DNA of 63,692 nt, filler included, from Octopus bimaculoides (Eukaryota): NCBI RefSeq assembly GCF_001194135.2. It is 5 parts of 5 records of this genome, joined end to end, with 100 filler letters (N's around TTAATTAATTAA, not from the genome) between each part and the next. Parts side by side here need not be neighbours in the genome. Positions count along the whole stretch, not along the records: positions 1 to 28,384 come from NC_068997.1; 4 more parts are not named here. The stretch is one strand, 5' to 3'. Shown one piece after another: positions 1 to 12,411 of the stretch. Numbering within the stretch: the first letter of the stretch is position 1; the number at the start of each line of letters is the position of its first letter. Made by a program: the position numbers and the translations under genes. The notes under the pieces were generated by a model. That model was not told the DNA's origin. It saw only the letters and a program-made list of their open reading frames with translations, and made no database searches.

Positions 1-583
1 TGGTCAATTATTTTTGCACTTCGAAACCATGAGAAGAGCAATTTCGGTAAAAAATATTAAAAAAAAAAATATTATTTTCGGAGGGAAGTGATTTAAGGGC
101 GATTTGGCTGTTATTTCTAGCACATCCAAAGACAACCATCCTCGTTTTTTTTATCACTTTCGCATGTATTAATGCTTTTCAATATTTTCTCCCCATAAAT
201 ACATTTATATGTCAGAAAAAAAAAAATTGAGAAATGAATTTTTTGCAACTCCGCTCCCAATCGGCGATTTTTCTGTTTAGAATTTAAAATATTGGAGAGC
301 TTGAGGTCATTGCAGGCATTTATCCACAGTGATTTTGAAACAAATTATGGAGATATACTTGCATAGCACGTGGCTCGATCTGAGATTGTGTGCTGAAACA
401 AAAACAGTTGCAGCGTGGAAGATATTTGTAAACCTTGAAGAACACGCAAATAACGTTAGTTTCACTTCAACATTAAAACTTCATTTGTGTCGAAATATTT
501 TCGTCGCTTTCAAACCGCGACCTGTTCACTGACAAAACTTTACGAAAGTGATTTAGCTCGTAGTTTTGCCAGTGAACAGTACG

Positions 584-597
584 CACACACACACACG

Positions 598-680
<83 letters not shown>
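584..680. repeat. (CA)n microsatellite
   Basis: Nearly uninterrupted CA dinucleotide run of about 95 nt. Confidence 0.98.
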
Positions 681-683
<3 letters not shown>

Positions 684-1252
684 AGCATGTACACACACAT
701 TCATTGCCTTTCATTTGTGTGTATAAGCATCTACGTGTGCGCGCGAATGTGTATTGGTTTATGTGCCACTGTTGATGTGTTTCGGAACGGTGAATAAGGT
801 GCAAATTTCGAGAACTTGTCGATAATGTTTTTGTTTTTGTTTTCTCCTCGTCTTCTAATAGTAATTACTTAACTTTCTAGGCTCTTCTCACAGCTATCCC
901 ACGTTCAAATATTATACGGGTATTTTAAAAAAATCATTCAATAAGTAATGTTTTTACTTTACGTATACATTAGTAGCGAATTAAAACGTAAAAGAGAAAG
1001 TGAGAATTTGCAAACGAAAATGGAATACTCTGCAGTGAATGCAATGGATGTTTAAATTTGTGACAACAGGGAGTTTAAAAAATTCAATAAACTTGAGAAA
1101 ACGAAATCATTGGAAATATCTTAGAACATGAGTTTATAAAAATATTTCCTGACGATCAACACTTTAATAATTGATTTCTTTTAGTACTTTAAGTAATTTT
1201 TACATATCTAATTAATAAGCAGCTTTCTTATTTTACTATAAGATATACTACT

Positions 1253-1328
1253 TGCATACATACATACATGCATACATACATACATACATACATACTTACA
1301 TACATACATGCATACATACATACATACA

Positions 1329-1357
<29 letters not shown>
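1253..1357. repeat. (TACA)n microsatellite
   Basis: Tandem TACA units with a few variants. Confidence 0.95.
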
Positions 1358-1360
<3 letters not shown>

Positions 1361-1455
1361 GATGTGGAAGAGGTGAGGAATAAAACGATGGAGGCATTAC
1401 AAGAAATCACTTCGCAAGAGTTTCAGCACTGCATCGATGCATTGCTTCAAATAGA
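1358..1455 (+). mobile_element. mariner-family transposase C-terminal fragment
   Basis: Translates DVEEVRNKTMEALQEITSQEFQHC, resembling the mariner DD34D C-terminus (DVEEVKKKTTEALKGI..EEFQNCF). Confidence 0.55.
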
Positions 1456-1499
1456 AAATACTTTCCAGTTCTATATTTAACCACTATGCTATATGCCCA

Positions 1500-1599
1500 C
1501 GAGCATATGGCGTAGTGGTTAAGAGCGCGGGCTACTAACCCCAAGATTCCGAGTTCGATTCCAAGCAGTGATCCGAACAACAACAATAATAATAATAAC

Positions 1600-1630
<31 letters not shown>

Positions 1631-1790
1631 TCGAAAAATACCTTAGGAATGAGAACCCAGGTTCGAAATTTCCCCAAGACACCTGAAGAAGGCTGGAGGA
1701 TATATCAGCCGAAAAGTTGTCTTAACAACAAACAATATGAGGACAACTATCCGTTGAATATAAATAATGTAAATAATGTAGAAAATACTT
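1500..1790 (+). mobile_element. tRNA-derived SINE with (AAT)n middle and a hammerhead-like 3' tail
   Basis: A box TGGCGTAGTGG (1508-1518), B box GAGTTCGATTCC (1551-1562), (AAT)n tract, then CTGAAGA-stem-GAAA (1683-1714) and an AATAATGTA tail; acceptor stem not intact. Confidence 0.8.
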
Positions 1791-2713
1791 TGAAGGCACT
1801 AAAAATGTAAACATGTAAATCTAAGTGAATACAATAATATTGTAAAATTCCAGTTTGTTTCGGGTAAACCCTCATATATGCGTGATTTTTTTTATTGCCC
1901 ACAAGGGGCCAACACCCGGGGGAATTATATATATATAATATATCTACATATATAAAGATGAGAATGTGTGTCTGTGTGAATCCCTAAAACTTGAGAACTA
2001 CATAGCCAATTTCATTCAAATTTTACACTTGCCTTACTTAGGGTTCAGGTAGTGTTTTAGGCCCCAAAAGTTTTAACTTCTTACCTACTGTGAGACCAGT
2101 GCAATATCGCAGCTCCTCCAGTATTGCCGTATTACGTGTCAANNNNNNNNNNNNNNNNNNNNNNNNNNNNNNNNNNNNNNNNNNNNNNNNNNNNNNNNNN
2201 NNNNNNNNNNNNNNNNNNNNNNNNNNNNNNNNNNNNNNNNNNTTGACACGTAATACGGCAATACTGGAGGAGCTGCGATATTGCACTGGTCTAACAGTAG
2301 GTAAGACGTTAAAACTGTTGGGGCCTAAAACACTACCTGAACACTAAGTAAGGCATGTGTAAAATTTGAATGAAATTGGCTATGTAGTTCTCAAGTTTTA
2401 GGGATTCACACAGACACACATTCTCATCTTTATATATATAGATATATTATATATATATAATTCCGCCGGGTGTTGGCCCCTTGTGGGCAATAAAAAAATC
2501 ACACATATATGAGGGTTTACCCGAAACAAACTGGAATTTTACAATATTATTGTATTCACTTAGTTTTACATGTTTACATTTTTAGTGCCTTCAAAGTATT
2601 TTCTACATTATTTACATTATTTATATTCAACGGATAGTTGTCCTCATATTGTTTGTTGTTAAGACAACTTTTCGGCTGATATATCCTCCAGCCTTCTTCA
2701 GGTGTCTTGGGGA
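1671..2713. repeat. About 470-bp inverted duplication centred on a 100-N gap
   Basis: 1671-2142 is the reverse complement of 2243-2713, with about 11 differences counted by eye. Confidence 0.95.
1943..2142 (+). mobile_element. Non-autonomous Helitron-like element, 5' part (mirror copy at about 2243-2443)
   Basis: Starts A|TCTACATATATAAAGATGAGAATGTGTG...AAAACTTGAGAACTAC...CCAATTTCATTCAAATT, resembling 5' ends of Lep1-type non-autonomous Helitrons; 3' end lost in the gap. Confidence 0.5.
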
Positions 2714-3269
2714 GTGTGTCAGTGTGCGTGCATGCGTGCGCGTGCTCCATGGTGGCAGTGCCGATCTGATATTTGCATGTGTGTGTGGGTGGGTGGGTGA
2801 ATCTTTATACCCCGAGGGATGTATCTTTGTGTGCAGGTGTGTTTGTGTATGTGTGTATTCTGTGTGACCGTGTGAATGACTGATATGCATTCGTGTGGTG
2901 TGTGCTGGCGTGTGTCAATGAGTATAACTATTAATGTGCGTGTCTGTATGTTTTTGCATTGATTTAAACGTATGAATGTGCGCGGCTGTTTGTTTGTCCA
3001 ACTGTTAAAATCTCTCAACGCAACGAAACTCAAATGTAAATCTCCCAACTTAAAACCTTATTATCCCACTTGATGAGTCTTCTAAGCACTGTGCGTTGCA
3101 TCTGGTATTATTGCATCGTTCCACGCCCACAAGGGAGCAGTGCATCTTGAAGATTAAACAATTGTTGTGGTAGCATATACATACATACATATGTTCATAC
3201 ATACACACATACATATGTACATAATACATACACACATATATACATATATGTATGTATGTATATATTATA

Positions 3270-3680
3270 CTTGTTTACTCTTTTACTTGTTTCAGTCTTC
3301 TGACTGTGACCATGCTGGAGCACCGCCTTTAGTCGAGCAAATCGACCTCAGGACTTATCCTTTAGAAGCCCAGTACCTATTCTATCGGTCTTTTTTGCCG
3401 AACCGCTAAGTTACGAGGACATAAACACACCAGCATCGGTTGTCAAGTGATGTCGGGGGGACAAACACACACATACAAACATATACGCACACATACATAT
3501 ATATATATACATATATACGACGGGCTTCTTTCAGTTTCCGTCTACCAAATCCACTCACAAGGTTTTGGTCGACCCGAGGCTATAGTTGAAGACACTTGCC
3601 CAAGATGCCACGCAGTGGGACTGAACCCGGGACCATGTGGTTGGTAAGCAAGCTACTTACCACACAGCCACTCCTACGCC
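3270..3680 (-). mobile_element. tRNA-derived SINE family A (CORE-like), full copy
   Basis: Reverse complement has a tRNA-like head (TGGCTGTGTGGTAAG...GGGTTCAGTCCC), a CORE-like CATCTTGGGCAAGTGTCTT block, an internal (TA/TG)n tract and a GACTGAAACAAGTAAAAGAG tail; many homologues in the window. Confidence 0.9.
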
Positions 3681-3681
3681 T

Positions 3682-3714
<33 letters not shown>

Positions 3715-3725
3715 ATATATATATG

Positions 3726-3771
<46 letters not shown>

Positions 3772-4819
3772 CGTATTTATATGTGTTTGTATGTATGAAT
3801 GTATGTATATATGTATGTATATGCGTTATTTCCACACCAACCCAATAAATAATTATGAAGCTTGAAGTTTTTACTTCTTTAACTTTAATAATATCTATGA
3901 TAGAATATACTGAGCCCAGCCAACATATTTCCAAGAGCTGTAAGTTTTAATTGTGAAAGAGTCGCATGTTAATGGTCAAAGAGTTGTATGCAGCTCGAGA
4001 GCCACAGTTTAGCCACCCTGCTCTATTGAGCTATTGAAGCACCACTGAATTTTGAAAATGGAAAATTGAAAACACTCAATGTTAAAATTTCCAGCGATTG
4101 TCTCCTCTTTCCAAACTCTGACAAGTGAGTGTAGAAATCTCCTGTTCAAAACCTGTGGGTGTTGTTATCAGGCGTTGGATGGTTATATGAAAGTAAGAAT
4201 GCACTGGTCTTACCAAATCGTAGTTTTCATATTGTAGCAATAGCATTGCTTATAGTTCTTATGAGCTGTTGCATCTGGACATTTTGTAGAGAAGAGTCAC
4301 TGCAGCAGTGTATCTCCTGTGTTGAAGGGGTATGAAAGGAACATTCACAGGTTTTGTTGATTTCCTTAATAAGGTCATGCTTGTATCGGGGCTCAGACAG
4401 CCACTATCACAAAAGTATTTCTTTTTTTACCTCAGTGTTGGGATTTCTTTGTTGTATTTCTGCTCTGATTCACGTCAATCATTAACCAACACACTGTTCT
4501 TTTCTGCTTTTATTCTCATTCAAAGTATGTAAATTCCACCCCTCTTACTATATTCTGTAGTCTGACATAATATATTGTGTTCTGTTCAACTGGTTAATCT
4601 TCTTTCACTCCTTGTCAAAACACACTCTATTTCTAACTAGATATAGTTTAAATGGAGACATAGCACTTGTTATATGACAACTTATAAAATCACTTCGATA
4701 TGAATACCTTAAGATGTGGCTCAAAATGGTTCTTGAATTGTTACTTTTCATGTTCTTAAACTGATATTTTCAGTTACTTATTTTTATGCCAAATATTTGT
4801 ACTATATTCTTTTATATAA

Positions 4820-4976
<157 letters not shown>

Positions 4977-6404
4977 CATATATACTGCTTTTTGTATATG
5001 TATCTGTATGTATTATTTTTATACTATTACACCTACTTATTACACCTATCAGTACACCTATCAGTACACACTTTTCCTTGTATATTTATATCTAATTATG
5101 TCTATGCATTATCATTATCTTATCATCCTGCTTCTGATTCATTACTTTCAATCAATAGATAGTATGTATATCTTTCCAGATACTCCATATGTAAGTGGTT
5201 TGAGTGGTCTTTATAGAGACTACAGAATAATTAATTAATTAAGTAAAGAAGAGGTATTGAATTGATTCTACATAATAGTAATCTTCCTTTTAATATTTAA
5301 ATTGATCGATATACACTTTTCTGCTAATTTGGTTATGATATCACTTTCTTGAATTTTAAAAATTTTATTTTATTTTCATACAACATAATAATATTGCTTA
5401 TAAACGTTTTCTCATTGAACCTCTAATATTTTCCTCAATCTCATTATAGTATCTTAAGTTTCATGGTGTTCGTCCCTTTAACTGGTAACAACATCATGAA
5501 TTAATGTCACCCCTACCCTACCTCTTTTATAGACAGTTACTTCTATCTAGTTGACTCTTTCTAAAGTTTCTTTTTTTCTTGAGGGTAAAGGTGTACCTGT
5601 AATAATATCTATGACCAGTAGCCAGCCATGAGCTGTCAACTCACTTTTCCTCTTTATTCTAAATATACACAGTCTTCTAGTCTTAGATTTTAGTTGATGA
5701 TAAAGAGATAGATAAACTGGAAGTGAATTACGACCCTATGACCACCACTGTGTTCCATACCATTCTAAGAAATTGTAGTCTGTTCTCTTAGATATTCTTG
5801 CTACAATAGTAACAACATGAATGTCTTCCATCCCCTTGCCCTGTTAAAATATTTAAGAAAAATTATATTAATGTATATTGTCTGTTTAAGTTCTGTATTT
5901 GTGCAGCTGAAGATATCGCTGCATCTAAATTGATGTAATGATTGCATTGTTCAATTAAACTGAGCCGCTTGAAATGGTCCTGCTGCATTACTACTTGAAA
6001 TCCTGTTACTTATTTTGATTTTATTCACACTCGAGCTGTGTGTACTGACTTGGTGCTTCAACTTAAGTACCAAATTCAACTGAATCTTAATTACTTCTTT
6101 TATATATATATATATGTATTTATAAAGTTGAAGTTGTGTGTCTGTGTGTAGCCTTTTCAAAAGTTTATAGAAATCCCCATTTTCCACTTTTTCGTGAAAA
6201 TTTTTACATCAATGGAATTTTGTCGATGTGAACTTTTCAGTGCAGTAATTAGATTTTTTAAAATTCCATTTACTTTGTGTGATTTAAGGGAGATTTGGGC
6301 TTTTTTGTTTCTAGCAACTTTTATATTTCTTCCATGCTATCTGTACCAGCGTTCTTACACATCGATCACGCGCTCAACATATAATATAGAGAGTAAGAGT
6401 AAAA

Positions 6405-6406
<2 letters not shown>

Positions 6407-6473
<67 letters not shown>
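6407..6473. repeat. (GA)n microsatellite
   Basis: Direct reading. Confidence 0.98.
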
Positions 6474-6475
<2 letters not shown>

Positions 6476-8009
6476 TGATACATAAAAAGTCATAGATTAA
6501 CTTGTTTTAAGACTATTCTTCTCTTTCTATTCTGTCCTTCAATCTAGCTTTTCACTCTTCGTTCTTCTTCCTCTCTCCCATTTAATCGCTTTCTTCTATC
6601 CCTCTACCTCTAACTATCCACGTGACCTGGTCATCTGGGGCTTATCTCCATTTCTCTGCTTCGACCATTGTCGGCGCACATCTCATTTCCTACACACGCC
6701 AACATCACTGCTCTTTCTTCCAAGGAATCTGGGCCTCTTAGTTTCCGTTTGCCGAAGCTGCAATGATAATTTGTAACTAAACTGAATAAGGAATACCCCG
6801 TTTCACTCGTTCATGTTTTCGTTACATTGTCTGTCTGCATGTTCAGCGTCGTTGTCTCCTCTTAGTATTTTTACATATTTTTCATAACATAGAAACGTAA
6901 AAACACACGCAACCACACATACGTGATTTGTGACAACATACACATAAATACACACACACATCAACATTATAGATATAAGATTTAGTTTGTGTGTTTTTTA
7001 TATAAACACGCGCACGCATTGCTATTTTATAACTGTTTTCCGTTCTCCCTTCCTCTCTTTCTCTCTCTTCATTGCTCCCGTCCTCTATTCCTTTCTCCCC
7101 CCTCTCTCTCTCTTCCTCTCTCCCTCTTCTCTCTCGCTCTCTCAACCACACACACACGCACGTACACACAAGCATTCACTACAATATAACTAGACCTTAC
7201 TTTACTACATGTTCGTCAATGTTTTTTAAATATACAAACTACGGAGCTTATGTAGACAGGACAACACATTGCAAATCAGTGAACTTCGTTAGAAATGTGA
7301 AAACTACCTACCCTGGCATCTGTTATAACTTTTTGTTGTTCTGTCTAATATATACATAGATTATACCTCCAAAGAAGAGAGTTTGCTGGAGAAAGAAAGC
7401 AACCGGTTTCAAAAGACAGCAACAGACTGCAGCAATTCACAACATTCCAGAAGCTACTTTGAACATAATGCAAAATGGTGCATCATCATCTACTGCCCAG
7501 TCTGATAGAATTCTGGCAGAACTGTGTAGCAACAGATCGCCAGCAATTGCTTCATCAGAAATTGCCGTCTAGCTCCTGCGAAAAGGGATTACCCTGCTAT
7601 GTATAATCAGGGCAGCGCAAAAAGTTGTTTTGCACAAGCATTTGTATGGCCAATTAGACGGATGAAATTTACGTACGCTTAATAATGTTACGCAAAACAG
7701 CCTTCAGACTTTCCCTATTAATTTCATCGTCTTTTGAATTATGAACATATTTACATCATAAGGGTTTTTTCNNNNNNNNNNNNNNNNNNNNNNNNNNNNN
7801 NNNNNNNNNNNNNNNNNNNNNNNNNNNNNNNNNNNNNNNNNNNNNNNNNNNNNNNNNNNNNNNNNNNNNNNNNNNNNNNNNNNNNNNNNNNNNNNNNNNN
7901 NNNNNNNNNNNNNNNNNNNNNNNNNNNNNNNNNNNNNNNATATATATATATATAGTTTTAGGGAAAAGAACCAAGTTTCATGAACTCATCGATGAAAATC
8001 CACTATCAC

Positions 8010-8200
8010 ATATTAGTGGTATTTCATCGGCCGTTACATTCTGGGTTAAATTCCGCTGAGGTTGACTTTGCCTTTCATCCTTTCGGGTTCGATTAAATAA
8101 GTACCAGTTACTCACTGGGGTTGATGTAATCGACTTAATCCCTTTGTCTGTCCTTGTTTGTCTCCTCCATGTTTAGCCCCTTTTGGACAAAAAAGAAATA
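8010..8200 (+). mobile_element. tRNA-derived SINE family D
   Basis: GGGTTAAATTCCGCTGAGGTTGACTTTGCCTTTCATCCTTTCGGG...AAATAAGTACCAGTT...CTGGGGTTGATGTAATCGACTTAA; homologues at 41130-41410, 48551-48732 and 52845-53010. Confidence 0.85.
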
Positions 8201-8469
8201 ATTATTCAAGTTTCTTCTACATCTTTGCCCTTTGGAATCTGATTCTAAGGAACGTTTTTGTGAAATAGCATATGTCTTCTAAGTACAGATATTGTCTTAC
8301 AAGTTTTGTGACACAAATCATAAGAAGTGGTTGGTTTTCAAGATTATAACCTACCTGGGCATTACAATTTTTATGTGACTTCATATGGTTCAAGTATTCT
8401 GCTTATGACAACAGAACACGATCGCACATAAAACATATCCAAAATTCACTGTTGATTCCAGTTCCAAAT

Positions 8470-9685
8470 GTTCCTGTGTGACAAGCCCTTTTGAACTCAA
8501 AGTGCTGAATCATCTTTTCATTCCAGGTGTAGCAACCAGCCCACTCCACTTGTCTCAATCTAGAACATCAATTTCACAATCACTTTTGTTCATATCTAGT
8601 TTCTTCAAGTTGTGCTTCACACAGTCTTTATATCTTTTCCTCGGCTTATGTTGTGGTCGCTTACCAGAGTTGAGCTCACCATAAAGAAAGACGCTTTGGA
8701 AATCGCTCATCTTTCATTCTAATAACATGTCCAGTCCATATAATTTGAGCCATGATAACATGTTGACCAATTGAGCTACAACGTGCCATGCGCAAAACGT
8801 CTGTATCTGGCGTGAAACATTCCCACTTGTCCCCTAAGACACGTCTGAGGCACCTTTGATGAAATCTCTCCAGCATTTTTATATGATGCCTGTAGATGGT
8901 TCATGACTCACTCGAATAAAGACGTGCCATCAATGCATACGCTTTATAGACACTGATTGTTGTCTGCCAAGAAATGCCTCTATCCATCCATACTCGCTTT
9001 TCGAGCTTTTCAAAAGCATCACTTCCCTTCGTTATTCAATAGTATATCTCTGCACCAAGACCACTATCTCTTGCCAGTGTGCTTCCAAGGTAAACAAAGT
9101 TGTCAACAACTTCTAACTTTGTTCCTTTCACAAAGATATTTGGTTCAAAATATGTTTATCCTGGCACGGGAGTAAACATTACTTTGGTTTTCCCAAGACT
9201 AATTGTGAGACTGAAATATACACATGCAGTGGAAAATCTGTCCATTATATGTTGCATATCTCCCTCTGAGTGTGCCAACAAATCAGCATCATCAGCGTAA
9301 AGTAATTCTCTTACTAGTGTTTTGAAAGCCTTTGCTTTGCAGTTAAACCTGGTCAGATTAAATATGCAGCCAGATGTCCGAAATCTGATTCCAATTCATT
9401 GTAATCCTTGAAAGCATACTAAAGTAATGCAGCAAAATAAATAGAGAAAAGTGTAAGAACAGGAATATCTCCCTCTTTGACACTATTGAGATAGCTCATT
9501 CATGAGATAGCTCATCATTAAAGATTACCTGAGCTTTCATGTTTCTGTGTTGTTCCTTAAAGATGCTCACAAAATGTGTTGGGCAACCAAGTTTATACAA
9601 AACAATCCATAGCGCCCTCATATTTACCGTGTCAAATGCTTTAGTTGATGTAATAAAAACCTGGTATTGAAGCATTTGTTCCTCT
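8470..9685 (-). mobile_element. RTE-clade LINE, 5'-truncated and degenerate (RT to C-terminus)
   Basis: Minus-strand peptides TKAFDTVN..ALW...LGCP, LLYADDADL (YADD) and LERFHQRCLRRVL...WTGHVIRM, with stops and frameshifts. Confidence 0.9.
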
Positions 9686-9784
9686 ACACACACACACACA
9701 AACGCACGAACACACACGTACACACAGTTACACACACACACATAAATACACACATACAAACACACACATACACATACGTGTATA

Positions 9785-10790
9785 TGTAGCGTACTCCTCT
9801 CTCTCTCCATTATATATACATAAATACGGACATAGTAGATAACAGGTAGCCTTCGGCCGCACTTTTGGGGCCTGTTGCGTCCACCACTCTGATTGATTGG
9901 TGTTGGCGCAGTTTGTCTCTTGTTCTATTGTGCGCCAAGATGCAACCCAACCAATCGCGGCCTTCAGATAAGGTCACGTGAGACAGTATTTTCTAAACCC
10001 CAGTTTTAGCCGAGAGCATGTTATAAAAAGCCAGCCTCTCACCGTCACAGTTTGTCAGTCATTTCGGCTCCAGGCGTTCTGAGGTCTAGCCACTGACCAC
10101 AGCACACAGCCAGTTCCAGCGACGACACAATAGCAGCCACATGGAGACTCATCAACACTTCATCCAGCAGCATACGGCAAACTCCATCTTCGTCACCACC
10201 ATCATCTTCTTAACAGCATCAACTTCTCCAAGTACACACCAATCAGCAACGCTCGCACAGATTCTATCTCCACACTGTTTGTGAATTACTTCACTATGGT
10301 TAACAGCAAATACAACCTGTGACAACCTTCTGTAACAAGAGACTGGCTCTGCATCGTAGCCACTACTTCTTATATATGTGCTTTCCCCGGCTCTGCATTG
10401 CAGCCTCAACTTCTTGATACAGTACTTCAACTACTGTGTACCTTGAATACGAACTGGTATTTATCATCCTTGTGTCTGGACTTTCTTCTAACGTCATATT
10501 ATAGACTCTTTCTATGCTCTGTACTTATTGCACACGCATACATCCATGTCTGTACGCACACACTTTGTATACATGACGGCCTGTCTATTATTATGTTTAT
10601 ATGCCGCTCACTGACACACATGTTAACATATAAATAAAATCTTCTCTTAAACATTCTACCGGGTTTTTCTCTCTTTTCCTTCTGGCACTTATACATATTC
10701 ATCCTCAGTTCATATTTTTATTTGTATTGGTCGTGCGATGTACTAAAGGAGCCATTCCACGTCACCTCTCCTTGTCGCACGGTCGTTACA
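9785..10790 (+). mobile_element. Solo LTR (1006 bp), Ty3/gypsy-like
   Basis: Termini TGTAGCG...CGTTACA (6/7 inverted match); TATA on both sides (9781-9784, 10791-10794); CCAAT boxes (9896-9900 reverse, 9951-9955), CACGTG (9975-9980), TATAAAA (10022-10028), AATAAA (10633-10638); homologue at 27997. Confidence 0.75.
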
Positions 10791-11139
10791 TATATATAAA
10801 CGTTTGCAGTGATATGGTCTTTAATAAATATTCTCTTGGAAGCAGTGAGCCGTTTTCTTTGAGACCAAAGCCAAGTGTGTATGTGTGTGTGTGTGCGTGT
10901 GCACGTGTGTGTGTGTATGCGTGTGTGCATTCGTGTGTGTAATTAAGCCCTTAGCCAATCGCTGTGGCCAGTCGATGTGTCTGAGGCACTTTTGAAAGAA
11001 CTGTGTGTCCGTCAGAGTGTATTTTTTCCCATCTTAAACTGAGTGTCAGCATAATACGGTCAGCCTCTTGACTCACGTTGTTTTTGTTTTTATTTTTGAT
11101 TTGCCGACTCTGTCCTTTTCCTTTCCTTTTCTCTCTTTC

Positions 11140-12215
11140 TCTTCCCCCTCCCTAATTCTTCAATCCCTCTTCCTCCTACCTCTCTCCTCTCCTTCCATGT
11201 AACCGGTGTACACCAAGCCTGATGTTTCTTTCTTTGTTCTATTACCATCCGTGTAGCATCTCTTATATTCCTTCCCATGACTTTCATCTCTTATGTTCCT
11301 TCCGTAAGGCTTCACTTCTACACACGCCAGCTTCATTTAATTCGTTCTTAGTCAAAAGACACCTGTTGTTAATGTCCTGTTGTTTGTATTTGTAATTGTG
11401 TACCATTCCTCCGTTTTTTTTTTCGTATACATTCGCTTGCTTTCTTCCGAGGAGTTTAGTGCTCTTGAATCAAATTTTCTTGAAGCCGGCCAGATTGGAG
11501 CAGTCCTGTCCGGATGTTTTGTGGTCGCCTCTTACGTTCTTGTTCCATTTTTTCTTCTTTTTTTATATATATACATATAGCGGCGTACGTACACTTTTAG
11601 TCTCCTACATGTAAGTACATATATATATCGAAATTCTGTACGACTCTTTTACTCTTTCTTTTAACCCTTTCACACTTTCTTCGTTCTTTCCACTTTTCTT
11701 TTTCTTGCTCCCCTTCTCTCACATTTCTTGGCCTCCCTTCATTCTCAATTTCCCTCCTCTGTTACATCCCACTGTCCCTTTTATTTCCTTTTCCCTCTTT
11801 CTCATCCCTCCCTAATTCTTCAATCCCTCTACCCACGACCTCTCTCCTTCCACGTGTCCCGTGTCCCGCCAAGTCTGACGTTTCTTTCTTTGTTCTATTA
11901 CCATCCGTGTAGCATCTCTTATATTCCTTCCCATGACTTTCATCTCCTATGTTCCTTCCGTAAGGCTTCACTTCTACACACACCAGCTTAATTTAATTCG
12001 TCCTTAGTCAAAAGATACCTGTTGTTAATGTCCTGTTGTTTGCATTTGTAATTGTGTACCATTTCTCCGTTTTTTCATCCTTGTCTTTTTATACATTCCC
12101 TTGCTTTCTTCCAAGGAGTCTAGTGCTCTTAGATTAGGCGTTCTTGAGGCCTCCAGATTAGAGCAGTCCTGTCCGGATGTCTTGTTGTCGCCTGTTACGT
12201 TCTTGTTCACATTTT
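11140..12215. repeat. Diverged tandem duplication, about 400-bp core, period about 660 bp
   Basis: CCCTCCTAATTCTTCAATCCCTCT...TTACCATCCGTGTAGCATCTCTTATATTCC...GCAGTCCTGTCCGGATG occurs at about 11145-11550 and about 11805-12210. Confidence 0.9.
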
Positions 12216-12411
12216 TGTTTTCTTTATATGCATATATATATAAAGCAGTTGTATACTATCAACTTAATGTGACAGTCCCAATAAGGCCTTGACACATTTC
12301 TTGTGTCCTTTTATTTGCGAGGGAGAGACAAGCACCCCCACCCAGCCTAGACTGCATTCAGGGACATATTTCTGAGTCATAGCTCGTCATCAGCCTGAAG
12401 TAGCAAAACCA

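Noticed and set aside
473-804. ORFs with poly-CV or poly-HT (and similar ones at 4786-5238, 20765-21062, 58959-59338, 61938-62188)
   Set aside because: Translations of CA/TG/TA microsatellites, not proteins.
1500-1575. Possible tRNA gene (anticodon loop CTACTAA)
   Set aside because: Anticodon and acceptor stems do not pair fully and it continues into a SINE body and tail.
4280-4380. Possible exon with C-TGA (VYLLC*RG) as another Sec candidate
   Set aside because: No Rdx-like context or recognisable family; splice boundaries ambiguous.
5907-5940. Acceptor followed by EDIAASKLM* (possible terminal exon)
   Set aside because: Too short to assign and no linked exons identified.
7365-7570. Open stretch PPKKRVCWRKK...SSEIAV*
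   Set aside because: No start, splice signals or recognisable homology.
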